Shown here: one piece after another, positions 7,989 to 18,178 of the stretch
How the letters are laid out: each line of letters begins with the position of its first letter
How positions within the stretch are numbered: the stretch's first letter is position 1
IMG/VR virus record: IMGVR_UViG_3300030372_000875
Span: 1-36,331 of that record
Length of the DNA: 36,331 bases
Reading direction: 5' to 3' (one strand)
Source: a virus
Taxonomy: Duplodnaviria; Caudoviricetes
Translations under genes and position numbers: made by a program
Notes under the pieces: model-generated
The model's input: the letters and a program-made list of their open reading frames with translations, nothing else
Told to the model about the DNA's origin: nothing
Databases searched by the model: none

Positions 7989-10900
7989 TGGCAGGATACG
8001 CAAGACAAAGTTCAAGTAGTATTGCAGATGGGGAAACAATCACAGCAGCCCCACTGAATAGTGAGTTTGACGCACTGTTAGCAGCATTCGCATTTAGTGG
8101 AGGCCATAATCACGATGGCACATCTACAGAAGGTGCTTATGTAGGATTAATAGCAGATGTAGATGCACTAAATAAAATAGTTGTTGACACATCTAATAAT
8201 AGACATGGTTTCTTTGTAGAGGTATCTTCTTCTGCAGTAGAACAAATAAGAATACAAGATGGTGCAATCGTTCCTGTAACAGATAGTGATATTGATTTAG
8301 GAACTAGTTCACTAGAATTTAAAGATCTTTACATAGACGGAACTGCTTACATTGATACTCTTGAAGTACATGTAGGTGCTACATTAAGTGCAGGCGTATT
8401 AACATTACCAGATGGATCAGCTTCTGCTCCTGTTATTACAAATGCTAGTGATACAAACCAAGGTCTATACTTCTCAGGTACAGATGAAATGTCATTTACT
8501 GCAGGAGGTACTGCTCAAGTTACTTTTGCTGATGGTGCTATTAAACCAGTTACAGATAATGATATTGACTTAGGTACATCCTCTTTAGAATTTAAAAACT
8601 TATATATTGATGGTACGGCTAATATAGATACTCTTGCTGCTACTACAATGAGTGGCGATTTAGCTATGGGTAGTAATAAAGTTACTGGTCTTGCCGCACC
8701 TACTGCCGATGGTGATGCTGCAAGAAAAGTATATGTAGATGATTCTATTGCTTCGGCTGAAGGTCTTACACAACTAGCAGGTATTATAAATGTAAATGGC
8801 TATCACTTTACTGGTAGTTCTGGAGAAAATATTACATTTAAACCTGTAGGCAGTGCATCAACAGTATCTACACAAGACACTGATGGAGAGTTTGTAGCTC
8901 TTGTTCTTAGAAACGAAAGTGACGCTGCAAGTACTGCAGGCATAGCTTCTCTTAGATTTGATTTAGAAGATACAGGTGGTAATACAGTAGATGCTGCTAA
9001 AATAGCAGTTAAAAAAGAACAATCATTTACTGCAACAGCATCAACACAAGATGCTAAAATAGTTTTCTCTACATCTTTAAATGGTACTCTAACAGAGTAT
9101 TTAGAATTAAATAGTGCAGGTGCATTAGTTCCTGTAACTGATAATACAGTAGATATTGGTACATCTAGTGCAGAAATAAAAAATATATATGTTGATGGTA
9201 CTGCATATATTGATGCAATAGGTTTTGGTACTACTTCTGTAACACTACCAACATCAGATGGTTCAGCTAACCAAATTCTTAAAACAGATGGTTCTGGAAC
9301 TATATCATGGGCTAGTGATACAGGCACTACTATAAACAATGCTACAGAAAATGAACTAGTAACTGTAGCTTCAACCACAACACAATTAGATGGTGAAGCT
9401 AATCTTACATTTGATGGTAGTACACTTACCTTAAATGGTGCATTAGCTATGGCTTCTAATACTGCAGGTAAACTTCTTATTGCAGATGGCACAGACTTTG
9501 AGCCTACTGCTGTTGGTGATTTAGCTGAAATAACTAGTATTGCTAGTGATGATGTATTGCTTGCTGTAGATACTTCTGGTGGAGGATTAAAAAGAGTAGC
9601 TAGATCTACTTTAGTATCAGGTCTTGCTACATCAAGTGCTATATCTAATGTTGTAGAAGATACAACTCCACAACTAGGTGGTGATTTAGATGTAAATAGT
9701 AATGCTTTAGTTTCTACATCTAATGGTAATATAGCTCTTTCACCAAATGGAACAGGTGTTGTAAGAATAGATGGTAATGTAGATATACAAACAGGTGAAA
9801 TCGTTCTTAAAAATGGTGGCTCTGTTTCTAATATTAAATTTTATTGTGAATCAAGTAATGCTCATTATACACAATTACAATCTGCAGCACACTCAGATTA
9901 CTCAGGTAACGTTACTTTAACTTTACCTGCGGCTACAGATACATTAGTAGGTAAAGCTACAACAGACACTTTAACAAACAAAACACTAACAACTCCTGTT
10001 ATTGCTGAAATAGATTCTGGTGGTGATTTAACTTTAGATGCTACTACAGACGTTATTCTAGACGCTGGGGGAGGAGATGTATTCTTTAAAGATGATGGTA
10101 CTACATTCGGTAGTGCTACTAATACTTCAGGTAATTTAATTATTAAATCAGGCACTACTACTGCACTAACATTTAGTGGTGCTAATGCCACTGCTGCAGG
10201 TAATTTAGCTGTAACAGGTGATCTTACTGTTAATGGAACTACAACAACTGTAAACTCTACTACAGTAACTATAGATGATCCTATCTTTACATTAGGTGGA
10301 GATACTGCTCCTGGTTCTGATGATAACAAAGATAGAGGTATTGAGTTTAGATACCATACAGGTTCTGCAGCTAAAGTAGGTTTCTTTGGTTATGATGATT
10401 CTGCAAGTGCATTTACATTTATTGCTGATGCTACAAATTCTTCAGAAGTATTTAGTGGTACAGCAGGTAATGTAGCTTTTGGTGATATTGCAGGTACATT
10501 AACAACTGCTGCTCAAACAAATATTACTTCAGTAGGTGCTTTAGATGGAGGCTCTATAACTTCAGGATTTGGCACTATAGATACAGGCTCTTCTAACATA
10601 ACAACAACAGGTTTAATATCTGGTGGTTCTTTAGATATAGATGATGTATTAATTAATGGTACAACTATAGGTCATACAGATGATACAGACCTAATGACTC
10701 TGGCTTCTGGTGCTTTAACTGTAGCAGGTACTATAGAAGGTACTACAATTACTGCTTCTACTGCAGTCGTACCTGATGCTTCAGGTGGTGCAGACTTAGG
10801 TAGCACATCTCTTGAATGGGGTGATTTATATATTGCAGATGATAAGAAAATTTATCTTGGTTCAGATCAAAATTTAAGCATAGAGTATGATGAAGACGGA

Positions 10901-13900
10901 AATGATACTACAGCCGTAGTAGCTGCAGGTGGTGTTAGTATGGCACCGCATGGTACTAGTGCAGGAAATGGTACAGAATTAAGATTCCAAGAATTAGCAG
11001 CTAATGGTGCAAACTATGTAGGTTTTAAAGCTCCTGATGCTATAGGTTCTAATGAAGTATGGGTATTGCCTAATGCAGATGGTAGTGCCGATCAAGTTCT
11101 TAAAACGGATGGTTCTAATACTTTATCTTGGGCTGATGCAGGTGGTGGCGGAACTGTCGACTTAGTTGCAGATGGTGCTATAGCTATTAGAAAACCAGTT
11201 GTACGAACTGCTGCAGGTAAGGCAAAACAAATTGCTGAGAGTATTGGAAGTGACATTTCAGTTGCTTTTACAACTATGGACGATTCAGACACAGTAAGTT
11301 CAGATGGTGAAGCACACATAGTTTATGATTCTACGTCAGAAACTTTTGTTGCTGTTTATGAAAATGCAGCAGGTTCTGATTATCCTCATGCAGTTGCAGG
11401 TACATGGTCTGAAGGAACTATAACTTGGGGTACACCTGTTGTTTTAGAATCTAACGCTTGTAATAGAGAAATAGGTATAGCTGTTGGTAATGGTAAAGTA
11501 TGGGCTGCATGGGCTAGAAATTCAGCTAACATAATGATTACAAGTTTAAGTATATCTGGAACAGCTATAACAGTAGCAACTCCAACTGATACAAGTATTA
11601 CATGGTCTAATGAGTTAGGCATAAAATTATCTTACGATATAAGTTCTAATTATTTATTACTATTTAATTCCAATCAAAGCACTGGTGCATGGTTATTTAA
11701 AGTTAAACCTTATTATACAACTTCAGGTGGTAGTCTAACAGCAGGTGCAACATCTACTATTGCTACAAATGGTTCAATACACCACAACGAATTTGATGTT
11801 GTGTATGACCCTGATACAAGCAGAACAGTAGTGGCTTATAGAGACGATAGCAATTCAAATTATGGTACTGCAAATGTTATACAATCTTCAGGCACAACAG
11901 GTTCACCAACAGTTACTATAGGCTCAGATGTTGTATTTAGTGGTACTGATGCTGTAGATGGATTAACAGCAACTTATGATACTGCAAACGATAAAGTGTT
12001 TGTGGGTTATCATAATACAACAGATGGTATTACAAAAGGTATTATTGGCACTGTTACAGGTGGTGGTACAAATAGTATATCTTTTGCAGGTGAAGGCACT
12101 ATTAATGATTATACAGCAGTTTCAAGTTCTTATTTAGATGTTGTATATGACTCAGACGCATCAAAAATAATTGCAGTTTATCGTGATGATGACCACACTT
12201 CAGATGGTCTTACTTATAGAGTTATTACTTCAGGTGCATCATCATTTAGTGTTAGTAGTGCAGCAGTGATAAGCACTAATGACAATCAATTACAATCTGG
12301 TGCAGCAGCTTTTGGTGCAGGTAAAGGCACTGTAGTTGCTACTAGAGATACAGATAATAGTCAAAAATTAAGTATTTCTACATTATATTATCCATTAGAA
12401 ACTCCTCTAACTAAAGATAATTATTTAGGAGTATCTGCTGCTGCAATATCAGATGGTGCTACAGGTAAAATAGTTATACCTGGTGGTATATCTGAAGGAC
12501 ATTCTTCTCTTACTGTAGGTTCTAAAATATTTACAAATGGTGCAGGTGCTATAGGTTTAGCAGGTAATGCAAGAGGATTACAGTTTTTAGGCACGGCTGT
12601 ATCAGCCACACAAATACAACTACAAGAAGAAGAATCTGATTTTTATGCAGAGGCAGACGGTGCAATTACTGCAGGTGATCCTATTGAGATAAATACTACC
12701 TCTGGTAAAATTAAACCTATTGTAGGTTCAGTAATATCAGCCACAAAAACTAATTCTTTTTATACAGGTGATGTAGAGTATGGTGCAACTATGTATGATC
12801 CTGATACTGATAGATATGTTGCTTTTTATTCTGACTCAGACAATAGTGGATATGGTAAAGGTGTTGTTGGGCAATATAGTAGTGGAACTGGTGCTATTAC
12901 TTGGGGAACTCCTGTAGCGTTTACCTCAACTTATATTAATGGTGCTTTTAACATAGACGCTACTTATGATGAAGGAGTAGATAGAGGTCTTGTTGTTTAT
13001 AATACCAGTTCAGATGGATCGTATAAGGGTTGGGCTAGAGTTGTTACAATTACAGGAGGTACTAGTAATACTGTAGCTTTTGGAACAGCAGCAACATATC
13101 ATTCTTCTCAAGTAAGACAACAAACTGTAGTGTATGATTCAGACCAAGCAAGATGTTTAATAGTATTTTTTACAGAAGCTAGTCCAGAAAAATGTGGTGG
13201 AATTGTTGCACAAATTACAGGAGGAACTACTAATACTGTAGCTTATGGTAGTGAAGAATTTTTAAATTCTTCAAACAATGTTGAATTAGCTAGTGCTCAC
13301 TTTAATCCAAAAGTAAACAAAACTTTAGCATTTTATAAAGATCCTGGAGATTCAAGCAAAATGAAAATACAACAAGGAACTATTACTGCAGGAACTAATG
13401 CCTTATCATGGTCAAGTGAAGAAAATGCTGATTATGGTAATACTAGTATATCAACTACTCTTGTAAGTGCTTACATACCTAGTCTTGAAGCTAGTGCTGT
13501 TATACACTATAGAGGTAGTGCATTATATGGACATCTTGTTAGACCTCAGTTTAGTACAAATCCTTGGTATGGAAGTGCTAGTTTGTCTGTAAATGCTACT
13601 TTATTTCATAAAGCTATAGCAACTAGTGATGTAGGTACAACTATAGATGAAAATTTAGTTATTTTAGTAAGAGATGGCAACGATAGCAACAAACTAAAAT
13701 TTTTACCTTTAGATATTACAGGAAGTGGAACACAAATTACAGCAGGAACAATGACACAAGTTGAAAGTGGAAGAGATAATACAGCTAGTGATGTAAATGA
13801 TATATTATTTGATCCTGATGCAAGTAAATATGTAATTAATACAAAAGATTCTACAGACGATAACCATGGTTTAACATACACAATGACTGGTTCTGTAGAT

Positions 13901-14125
13901 AGTACAAAAAACAATTTTGATGGGTTTGCTAGTTTTACAGCATCTAGTGGTAATGCTGTAGGGGTTGCTTTAGAAGCAGGAATTGATGATAACCAATCAG
14001 GATTAACTATAGGTTCTACTTATTACTTAGATAGCAATACCGCATTAACTACTACTTCTACAAGTAATAAGCAAGTAGGTAGAGCAATAAGTGCTACTGC
14101 AATACAAGTAGTAACAACGACATAA
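7988..14125 (+). CDS. Long tail fibre / receptor-binding protein, 2045 aa
   Basis: N-terminal anchor with an HNHDG motif, repeated DLGTSSLEFKxLYIDG and LPxxDGSAxQxLKTDGS fibre motifs, and two C-terminal propeller-like modules. Confidence 0.88.
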   Translation: MAGYARQSSSSIADGETITAAPLNSEFDALLAAFAFSGGHNHDGTSTEGAYVGLIADVDALNKIVVDTSNNRHGFFVEVSSSAVEQIRIQDGAIVPVTDSDIDLGTSSLEFKDLYIDGTAYIDTLEVHVGATLSAGVLTLPDGSASAPVITNASDTNQGLYFSGTDEMSFTAGGTAQVTFADGAIKPVTDNDIDLGTSSLEFKNLYIDGTANIDTLAATTMSGDLAMGSNKVTGLAAPTADGDAARKVYVDDSIASAEGLTQLAGIINVNGYHFTGSSGENITFKPVGSASTVSTQDTDGEFVALVLRNESDAASTAGIASLRFDLEDTGGNTVDAAKIAVKKEQSFTATASTQDAKIVFSTSLNGTLTEYLELNSAGALVPVTDNTVDIGTSSAEIKNIYVDGTAYIDAIGFGTTSVTLPTSDGSANQILKTDGSGTISWASDTGTTINNATENELVTVASTTTQLDGEANLTFDGSTLTLNGALAMASNTAGKLLIADGTDFEPTAVGDLAEITSIASDDVLLAVDTSGGGLKRVARSTLVSGLATSSAISNVVEDTTPQLGGDLDVNSNALVSTSNGNIALSPNGTGVVRIDGNVDIQTGEIVLKNGGSVSNIKFYCESSNAHYTQLQSAAHSDYSGNVTLTLPAATDTLVGKATTDTLTNKTLTTPVIAEIDSGGDLTLDATTDVILDAGGGDVFFKDDGTTFGSATNTSGNLIIKSGTTTALTFSGANATAAGNLAVTGDLTVNGTTTTVNSTTVTIDDPIFTLGGDTAPGSDDNKDRGIEFRYHTGSAAKVGFFGYDDSASAFTFIADATNSSEVFSGTAGNVAFGDIAGTLTTAAQTNITSVGALDGGSITSGFGTIDTGSSNITTTGLISGGSLDIDDVLINGTTIGHTDDTDLMTLASGALTVAGTIEGTTITASTAVVPDASGGADLGSTSLEWGDLYIADDKKIYLGSDQNLSIEYDEDGNDTTAVVAAGGVSMAPHGTSAGNGTELRFQELAANGANYVGFKAPDAIGSNEVWVLPNADGSADQVLKTDGSNTLSWADAGGGGTVDLVADGAIAIRKPVVRTAAGKAKQIAESIGSDISVAFTTMDDSDTVSSDGEAHIVYDSTSETFVAVYENAAGSDYPHAVAGTWSEGTITWGTPVVLESNACNREIGIAVGNGKVWAAWARNSANIMITSLSISGTAITVATPTDTSITWSNELGIKLSYDISSNYLLLFNSNQSTGAWLFKVKPYYTTSGGSLTAGATSTIATNGSIHHNEFDVVYDPDTSRTVVAYRDDSNSNYGTANVIQSSGTTGSPTVTIGSDVVFSGTDAVDGLTATYDTANDKVFVGYHNTTDGITKGIIGTVTGGGTNSISFAGEGTINDYTAVSSSYLDVVYDSDASKIIAVYRDDDHTSDGLTYRVITSGASSFSVSSAAVISTNDNQLQSGAAAFGAGKGTVVATRDTDNSQKLSISTLYYPLETPLTKDNYLGVSAAAISDGATGKIVIPGGISEGHSSLTVGSKIFTNGAGAIGLAGNARGLQFLGTAVSATQIQLQEEESDFYAEADGAITAGDPIEINTTSGKIKPIVGSVISATKTNSFYTGDVEYGATMYDPDTDRYVAFYSDSDNSGYGKGVVGQYSSGTGAITWGTPVAFTSTYINGAFNIDATYDEGVDRGLVVYNTSSDGSYKGWARVVTITGGTSNTVAFGTAATYHSSQVRQQTVVYDSDQARCLIVFFTEASPEKCGGIVAQITGGTTNTVAYGSEEFLNSSNNVELASAHFNPKVNKTLAFYKDPGDSSKMKIQQGTITAGTNALSWSSEENADYGNTSISTTLVSAYIPSLEASAVIHYRGSALYGHLVRPQFSTNPWYGSASLSVNATLFHKAIATSDVGTTIDENLVILVRDGNDSNKLKFLPLDITGSGTQITAGTMTQVESGRDNTASDVNDILFDPDASKYVINTKDSTDDNHGLTYTMTGSVDSTKNNFDGFASFTASSGNAVGVALEAGIDDNQSGLTIGSTYYLDSNTALTTTSTSNKQVGRAISATAIQVVTTT
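8261..9220 (+). repeat. Three ~34-aa internal repeats in the tail fibre stalk
   Basis: GAIVPVTDSDIDLGTSSLEFKDLYIDGTAYIDTL (8261), GAIKPVTDNDIDLGTSSLEFKNLYIDGTANIDTL (8534) and GALVPVTDNTVDIGTSSAEIKNIYVDGTAYIDAI (9119). A degenerate fourth copy lies near 10765. Confidence 0.85.
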
Positions 14126-14136
14126 AGGAGTCAATT

Positions 14137-14607
14137 ATGAAAACAATAGTAAGAAAAGACAATAATGTAAGTTTATATTTATATCCAGATGATAAAGAAA
14201 TTACTTTAGAATCTAATAGAACTGTTATAGGTCCTACAGATAACCCTGAATTATATATAGCTGATCTTAACTCTGGTAATGCTAAAATAATTTATGATAT
14301 AGATGACAAAGCAGATTACTGGGGAAATAAGTATAAAGTTAATGAAGCTGAAAATGGTGATTTATCCTGGGTTGCAGATGCAAATTTTAAAGGTGCTAAT
14401 AGCCTTTCTGCAGATATAAGTGCAAGTATAAATGAAATTGGAGTTAAAAGAAGTAATCCTTTTACAAGTTCTGGAACAATACAAATAGGTACTGAACAAA
14501 TAACTTATACAGGTATTACAGGCAATGTTTTAACAGGATGCACTAGAGGTGCTAATTCTACCACAGCATCTAGCCATTCTGCTGACGAACATGCTACACA
14601 AATATAA
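14137..14607 (+). CDS. Tail fibre-associated protein (assembly chaperone or tip protein)
   Basis: Follows the fibre with an AAGGAG RBS. C-terminal GTIQIGTEQITYTG..LTGCTRG motif is seen in phage structural proteins. Confidence 0.55.
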   Translation: MKTIVRKDNNVSLYLYPDDKEITLESNRTVIGPTDNPELYIADLNSGNAKIIYDIDDKADYWGNKYKVNEAENGDLSWVADANFKGANSLSADISASINEIGVKRSNPFTSSGTIQIGTEQITYTGITGNVLTGCTRGANSTTASSHSADEHATQI

Positions 14608-14620
14608 ATAAGGAGAGCAC

Positions 14621-14788
14621 ATGGCTAAACCAACAGTAGCCTCAGTAGATCAAAAAATTGAATCACATGTTGACGCATGTGCTGACCGATATGCTGCAAT
14701 AGATAAAAGACTTTATAGAATAGAGTTTATCTTAATTGGTGCATCATCAAGTGTAATAGGATTATTATTAAAATTAGTATTATTTTAG
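14621..14788 (+). CDS. Small membrane protein (55 aa), coiled coil plus C-terminal TM helix
   Basis: Not in the ORF track. AAGGAG RBS. Sequence MAKPTVASVDQKIESHVDACADRYAAIDKRLYRIEFILIGASSSVIGLLLKLVLF*. Confidence 0.75.
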   Translation: MAKPTVASVDQKIESHVDACADRYAAIDKRLYRIEFILIGASSSVIGLLLKLVLF

Positions 14789-14800
14789 AAGGAATAGAGA

Positions 14801-17800
14801 ATGGAAAGAGTACCATTAACAGATATAGAAGTAAAGAATAGAGCAAATGCTTTAACATATTCAAAAGCATTAAAGTTGAAAAATGGTGGTTCAATTTATG
14901 GCCCTGGTAATTTTGTTTTTGATGCGAACACTCAAAAACTTATAGACGATGCTATAGCAAAGTATAATCCTAATATTATTCAAAATAACAATAATAACAA
15001 TAATAACAATAATAACAATAATAACAATAATAACAATAATAACAATAATAACAATAATAACAATAATAACAATAACAACAATAACAACAATAATAATCAA
15101 ACTACTGGATACGACAGGTCAGTTCGTAACACAGCACTCGATCAAGAAGGTGATAGTTTTGCAAAAGGTGCTGAAGCTGCAGGTTTTGGTACAAGTGAAT
15201 TAGATGCTGCTGAATATCAAATGTCGTTAGAAAATGATGCTATATTTGATGCTGCTGATGCGGCTTCAGAACAAGGTGTAAACTTAACTGAGGAAGATAT
15301 AGCAGAGATACGAGCAGGTGTTCGTGAAGGTATGGGAGATAACTATTTAGATGCATCAGGAGAAATAACAACTGATGAGTCAGGAGAATATACCTATCAA
15401 CAACAAGAAAATACAATTCAACCACCTGATCCTAACAAAGTAGATCCAAGTAAAACAACTACTAGAGTATCTGATGACTTTAAAACTATTATAACTACTT
15501 ACTTTAATAGTAAAGGAGAACAAGTAGGAGAACCTGTAACATCACCCAATCCTAAATACACTATTACAACTCGTACAGAAGAAGTTAGAGATGCTAATGG
15601 TAAACTGATAAAAACTATACATTATAATGAATATGGGATTCCTTTTAAAGAAGTGGCTGCAGGGGAACAAGATAGTGATGATGGTGACACAGAAGCACCT
15701 ACTACTGAACCAATGAATGTAGTAGATTTTACAGCAGGTCAAGTATCAGATCCTACTATGCCAGAACAAGCTATCTATGATTACACACCACAACAAATAG
15801 ATAAAGCTAATGAGTTATTAAAAGAACAAGGATATGATCTTAATGCTTTACTTAGAAATGTACTAGATAAAGATTTAACTAGAGCTCAAGCAGGAGATGC
15901 AGTAGCACCTACAACAACAGGTGCTGCACAAGGTACAGCAGAATTAGTAGGATCACCTGGAACAGTTGAAGGCCAAACAGGAACTGTAAGTAGAGAAATA
16001 ACTCCTCAAACAGGTGTACCTACAGAAGATGCTTTAGTTAAAGATGTAGAAGTAGATCCTACAGATAGGCCACAATTAATTACAGACGAAGAAATGCCTG
16101 ATAGAGTAGTTGGAGCACCTGAATTACCTGATGCAGCAACAACAACATTTGATTCTAAAACATATGTAGGAGATACACCACAGTCTACATTTGTATCTGA
16201 TGTTAATTCTGTAATGTCTAAAGGTACTGTAAGACTAGAGGAATTACCTGATGCTGCAAAAGCTACAGATATACCAGATGAAGTAGATGCTAAGACTGCA
16301 TATACTTTAACAGGCGATGCAACCTTTTTAGCAAAAACTTTAAATGTACCAGACACAGTAGTAGCACAATTCATAGAGGGAAATGTTCAAGCTAAAGATA
16401 CTGTACAAGGTCAGTTGGGTTTATTAATGACTCAGTTTGATGATGGTACACCTGCATGGGCTGCAGGAGCAATACGAGCAGCTAATGATACAATGGCTGC
16501 AAGAGGTATGGGAGCTAGTTCTATTGCAGCGACAGCTATTGTTCAAGCAGCTATGGAATCTGCCCTACCTATTGCTCAAGCAGATGCTCAAGTCTATGCT
16601 AACATGAATTTAACTAATGTAAGCAACAGACAAAAGATAGCATTAGAAGTAGCTGCTGCTCAAAGAGGAACACAATTACAAAATCTATCTAATGAGCAAC
16701 AAGCTGAACTAGCTAAAAGCACAGGTGCACTAGCTTTAAACGAAGCAAGTTTATCTAATCAACAATCTACACAATTAGCTAATGCTCAGATGAGAGCTGC
16801 ACTACAGAACCAAAACTTATCGAACACACAACAGTCTAATGTTATCCAAGCTGCACGATATACTGAAGAACAGAATATAAATTTAAGTAATGAGATGCAG
16901 GCTAGATTACAAGATACATCAAATAACTTACAAGTTGATATGGCTAATTTATCTGAAAAAAGTAGAGTTGTATTATCTCAATTACAAACGCAATCTGCAC
17001 TAGCAGGGCAAGAGTTAAACAATACACAACAATCTAATGTTATTAGATCTGAAAGATTCTTTAGTGCAAATAATTTGACATTTAATGCAGAACAGGCTAG
17101 AGTTCTATCTAATTCTAAGATGATGGAAACCATTGACTTAGAGAATTTAGATTTCGAGCAAGCACGAACAGTTCAAAATGCTGCAACTTATGCCCAGATG
17201 GAATTAGCAGGTCTTAATAACAGACAGCAGGCTCAAGTAGAAGGTGCTAGAAACTTCTTACAAATGGATTTACAAAACTTGTCAAACGATCAACAAGCTA
17301 CAGTATTAAGTTATCAAACTAAGTTCCAACAAATGCTATCAGATCAAGCTGCTAAAAACACAATGGAACAATTTAATGTAACTAGTGAAAACGATGTTGC
17401 TAAATTCTATGACAACTTAGCTGCAGACATATCTAAGTTTCAAGCACAATTAGATACAACTATTAGTCAATTTAATGCAGGACAGTTTAACACTATTGAT
17501 CAATTTAATGCTACAATGGCTAACAACAGAGATCAGTTTAATGTTAAGAATCAGCTAGACATAGTTAAATCAAATGCTGAGTGGTATAGACAAGTTAATA
17601 CTTTAAATACAGCAGGTGAAAATGCAGAAGCACAAGTTAACGCTGCTAATTACTTAAATTTATCTAATACAGCTTTAGCTAATATGTGGCAAGAATATAG
17701 AGACACAGCAGACCAAGCATGGGCATCCTCACAAAACGAAAGAGATAGAGGATTTCAACTTGCAATGGCTGCCTTACAATCACAACATGATAAAGAATTT

Positions 17801-17869
17801 TTTAATATGCAATTAGATGTAGAAAGTGGAAAATCTCTATCAAATTTTATTTGGGAACTTATTTTTTAG
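14801..17869 (+). CDS. Internal virion / DNA ejection protein with 22-aa Q/N-rich helical repeats
   Basis: 1022 aa. Contains a poly-Asn tract, an acidic Pro/Thr-rich region, a PAWAAGAIRAA..RGMGASS motif and periodic NLSNxQQ repeats. Confidence 0.65.
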   Translation: MERVPLTDIEVKNRANALTYSKALKLKNGGSIYGPGNFVFDANTQKLIDDAIAKYNPNIIQNNNNNNNNNNNNNNNNNNNNNNNNNNNNNNNNNNNNNNQTTGYDRSVRNTALDQEGDSFAKGAEAAGFGTSELDAAEYQMSLENDAIFDAADAASEQGVNLTEEDIAEIRAGVREGMGDNYLDASGEITTDESGEYTYQQQENTIQPPDPNKVDPSKTTTRVSDDFKTIITTYFNSKGEQVGEPVTSPNPKYTITTRTEEVRDANGKLIKTIHYNEYGIPFKEVAAGEQDSDDGDTEAPTTEPMNVVDFTAGQVSDPTMPEQAIYDYTPQQIDKANELLKEQGYDLNALLRNVLDKDLTRAQAGDAVAPTTTGAAQGTAELVGSPGTVEGQTGTVSREITPQTGVPTEDALVKDVEVDPTDRPQLITDEEMPDRVVGAPELPDAATTTFDSKTYVGDTPQSTFVSDVNSVMSKGTVRLEELPDAAKATDIPDEVDAKTAYTLTGDATFLAKTLNVPDTVVAQFIEGNVQAKDTVQGQLGLLMTQFDDGTPAWAAGAIRAANDTMAARGMGASSIAATAIVQAAMESALPIAQADAQVYANMNLTNVSNRQKIALEVAAAQRGTQLQNLSNEQQAELAKSTGALALNEASLSNQQSTQLANAQMRAALQNQNLSNTQQSNVIQAARYTEEQNINLSNEMQARLQDTSNNLQVDMANLSEKSRVVLSQLQTQSALAGQELNNTQQSNVIRSERFFSANNLTFNAEQARVLSNSKMMETIDLENLDFEQARTVQNAATYAQMELAGLNNRQQAQVEGARNFLQMDLQNLSNDQQATVLSYQTKFQQMLSDQAAKNTMEQFNVTSENDVAKFYDNLAADISKFQAQLDTTISQFNAGQFNTIDQFNATMANNRDQFNVKNQLDIVKSNAEWYRQVNTLNTAGENAEAQVNAANYLNLSNTALANMWQEYRDTADQAWASSQNERDRGFQLAMAALQSQHDKEFFNMQLDVESGKSLSNFIWELIF
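14984..15097 (+). repeat. AAT/AAC microsatellite (mostly AATAATAAC units) encoding 38 consecutive Asn
   Basis: 114 nt made only of AAT/AAC codons, between two CAA codons. Confidence 0.97.
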
Positions 17870-17878
17870 GAGAGAAGG

Positions 17879-18166
17879 ATGACAGAAAAAGCAGAAGCAA
17901 ATTCATGGCAAGAATTAAATGAGATGCTTAGTACAGGGAAAGACATTTATGACATTGTTACAGGAGCAGATGATAAACCACAATCAGATCCAATGAGATA
18001 TGTAAGACCTAGAGATATTACAAAAAGTAGAACAAAGAGGTATGTTGAAAGAAGTGGTACAGTGCCTATACCTGCTGCTGTAAAAATAAATTTTACATAT
18101 GGAAATCCTGAAAATATTATGAACACATTTGTTGGTCATACAATTAGAAAATATAGACTTACTTAA
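17879..18166 (+). CDS. Hypothetical protein (virion module)
   Basis: 95 aa, AGGAG RBS, tightly packed in the operon. Confidence 0.7.
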   Translation: MTEKAEANSWQELNEMLSTGKDIYDIVTGADDKPQSDPMRYVRPRDITKSRTKRYVERSGTVPIPAAVKINFTYGNPENIMNTFVGHTIRKYRLT

Positions 18167-18178
18167 TAGGAGATATAC

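Noticed and set aside
11156-14125. Diversity-generating retroelement or invertible cassette acting on the tail fibre
   Set aside because: No reverse transcriptase or invertase in the window, and no near-identical TR/VR pair seen. The two modules are similar only at protein-motif level.
14984-15097. Repeat array as a CRISPR or iteron array
   Set aside because: Simple 3/9-nt microsatellite with no spacers, in frame within a CDS.
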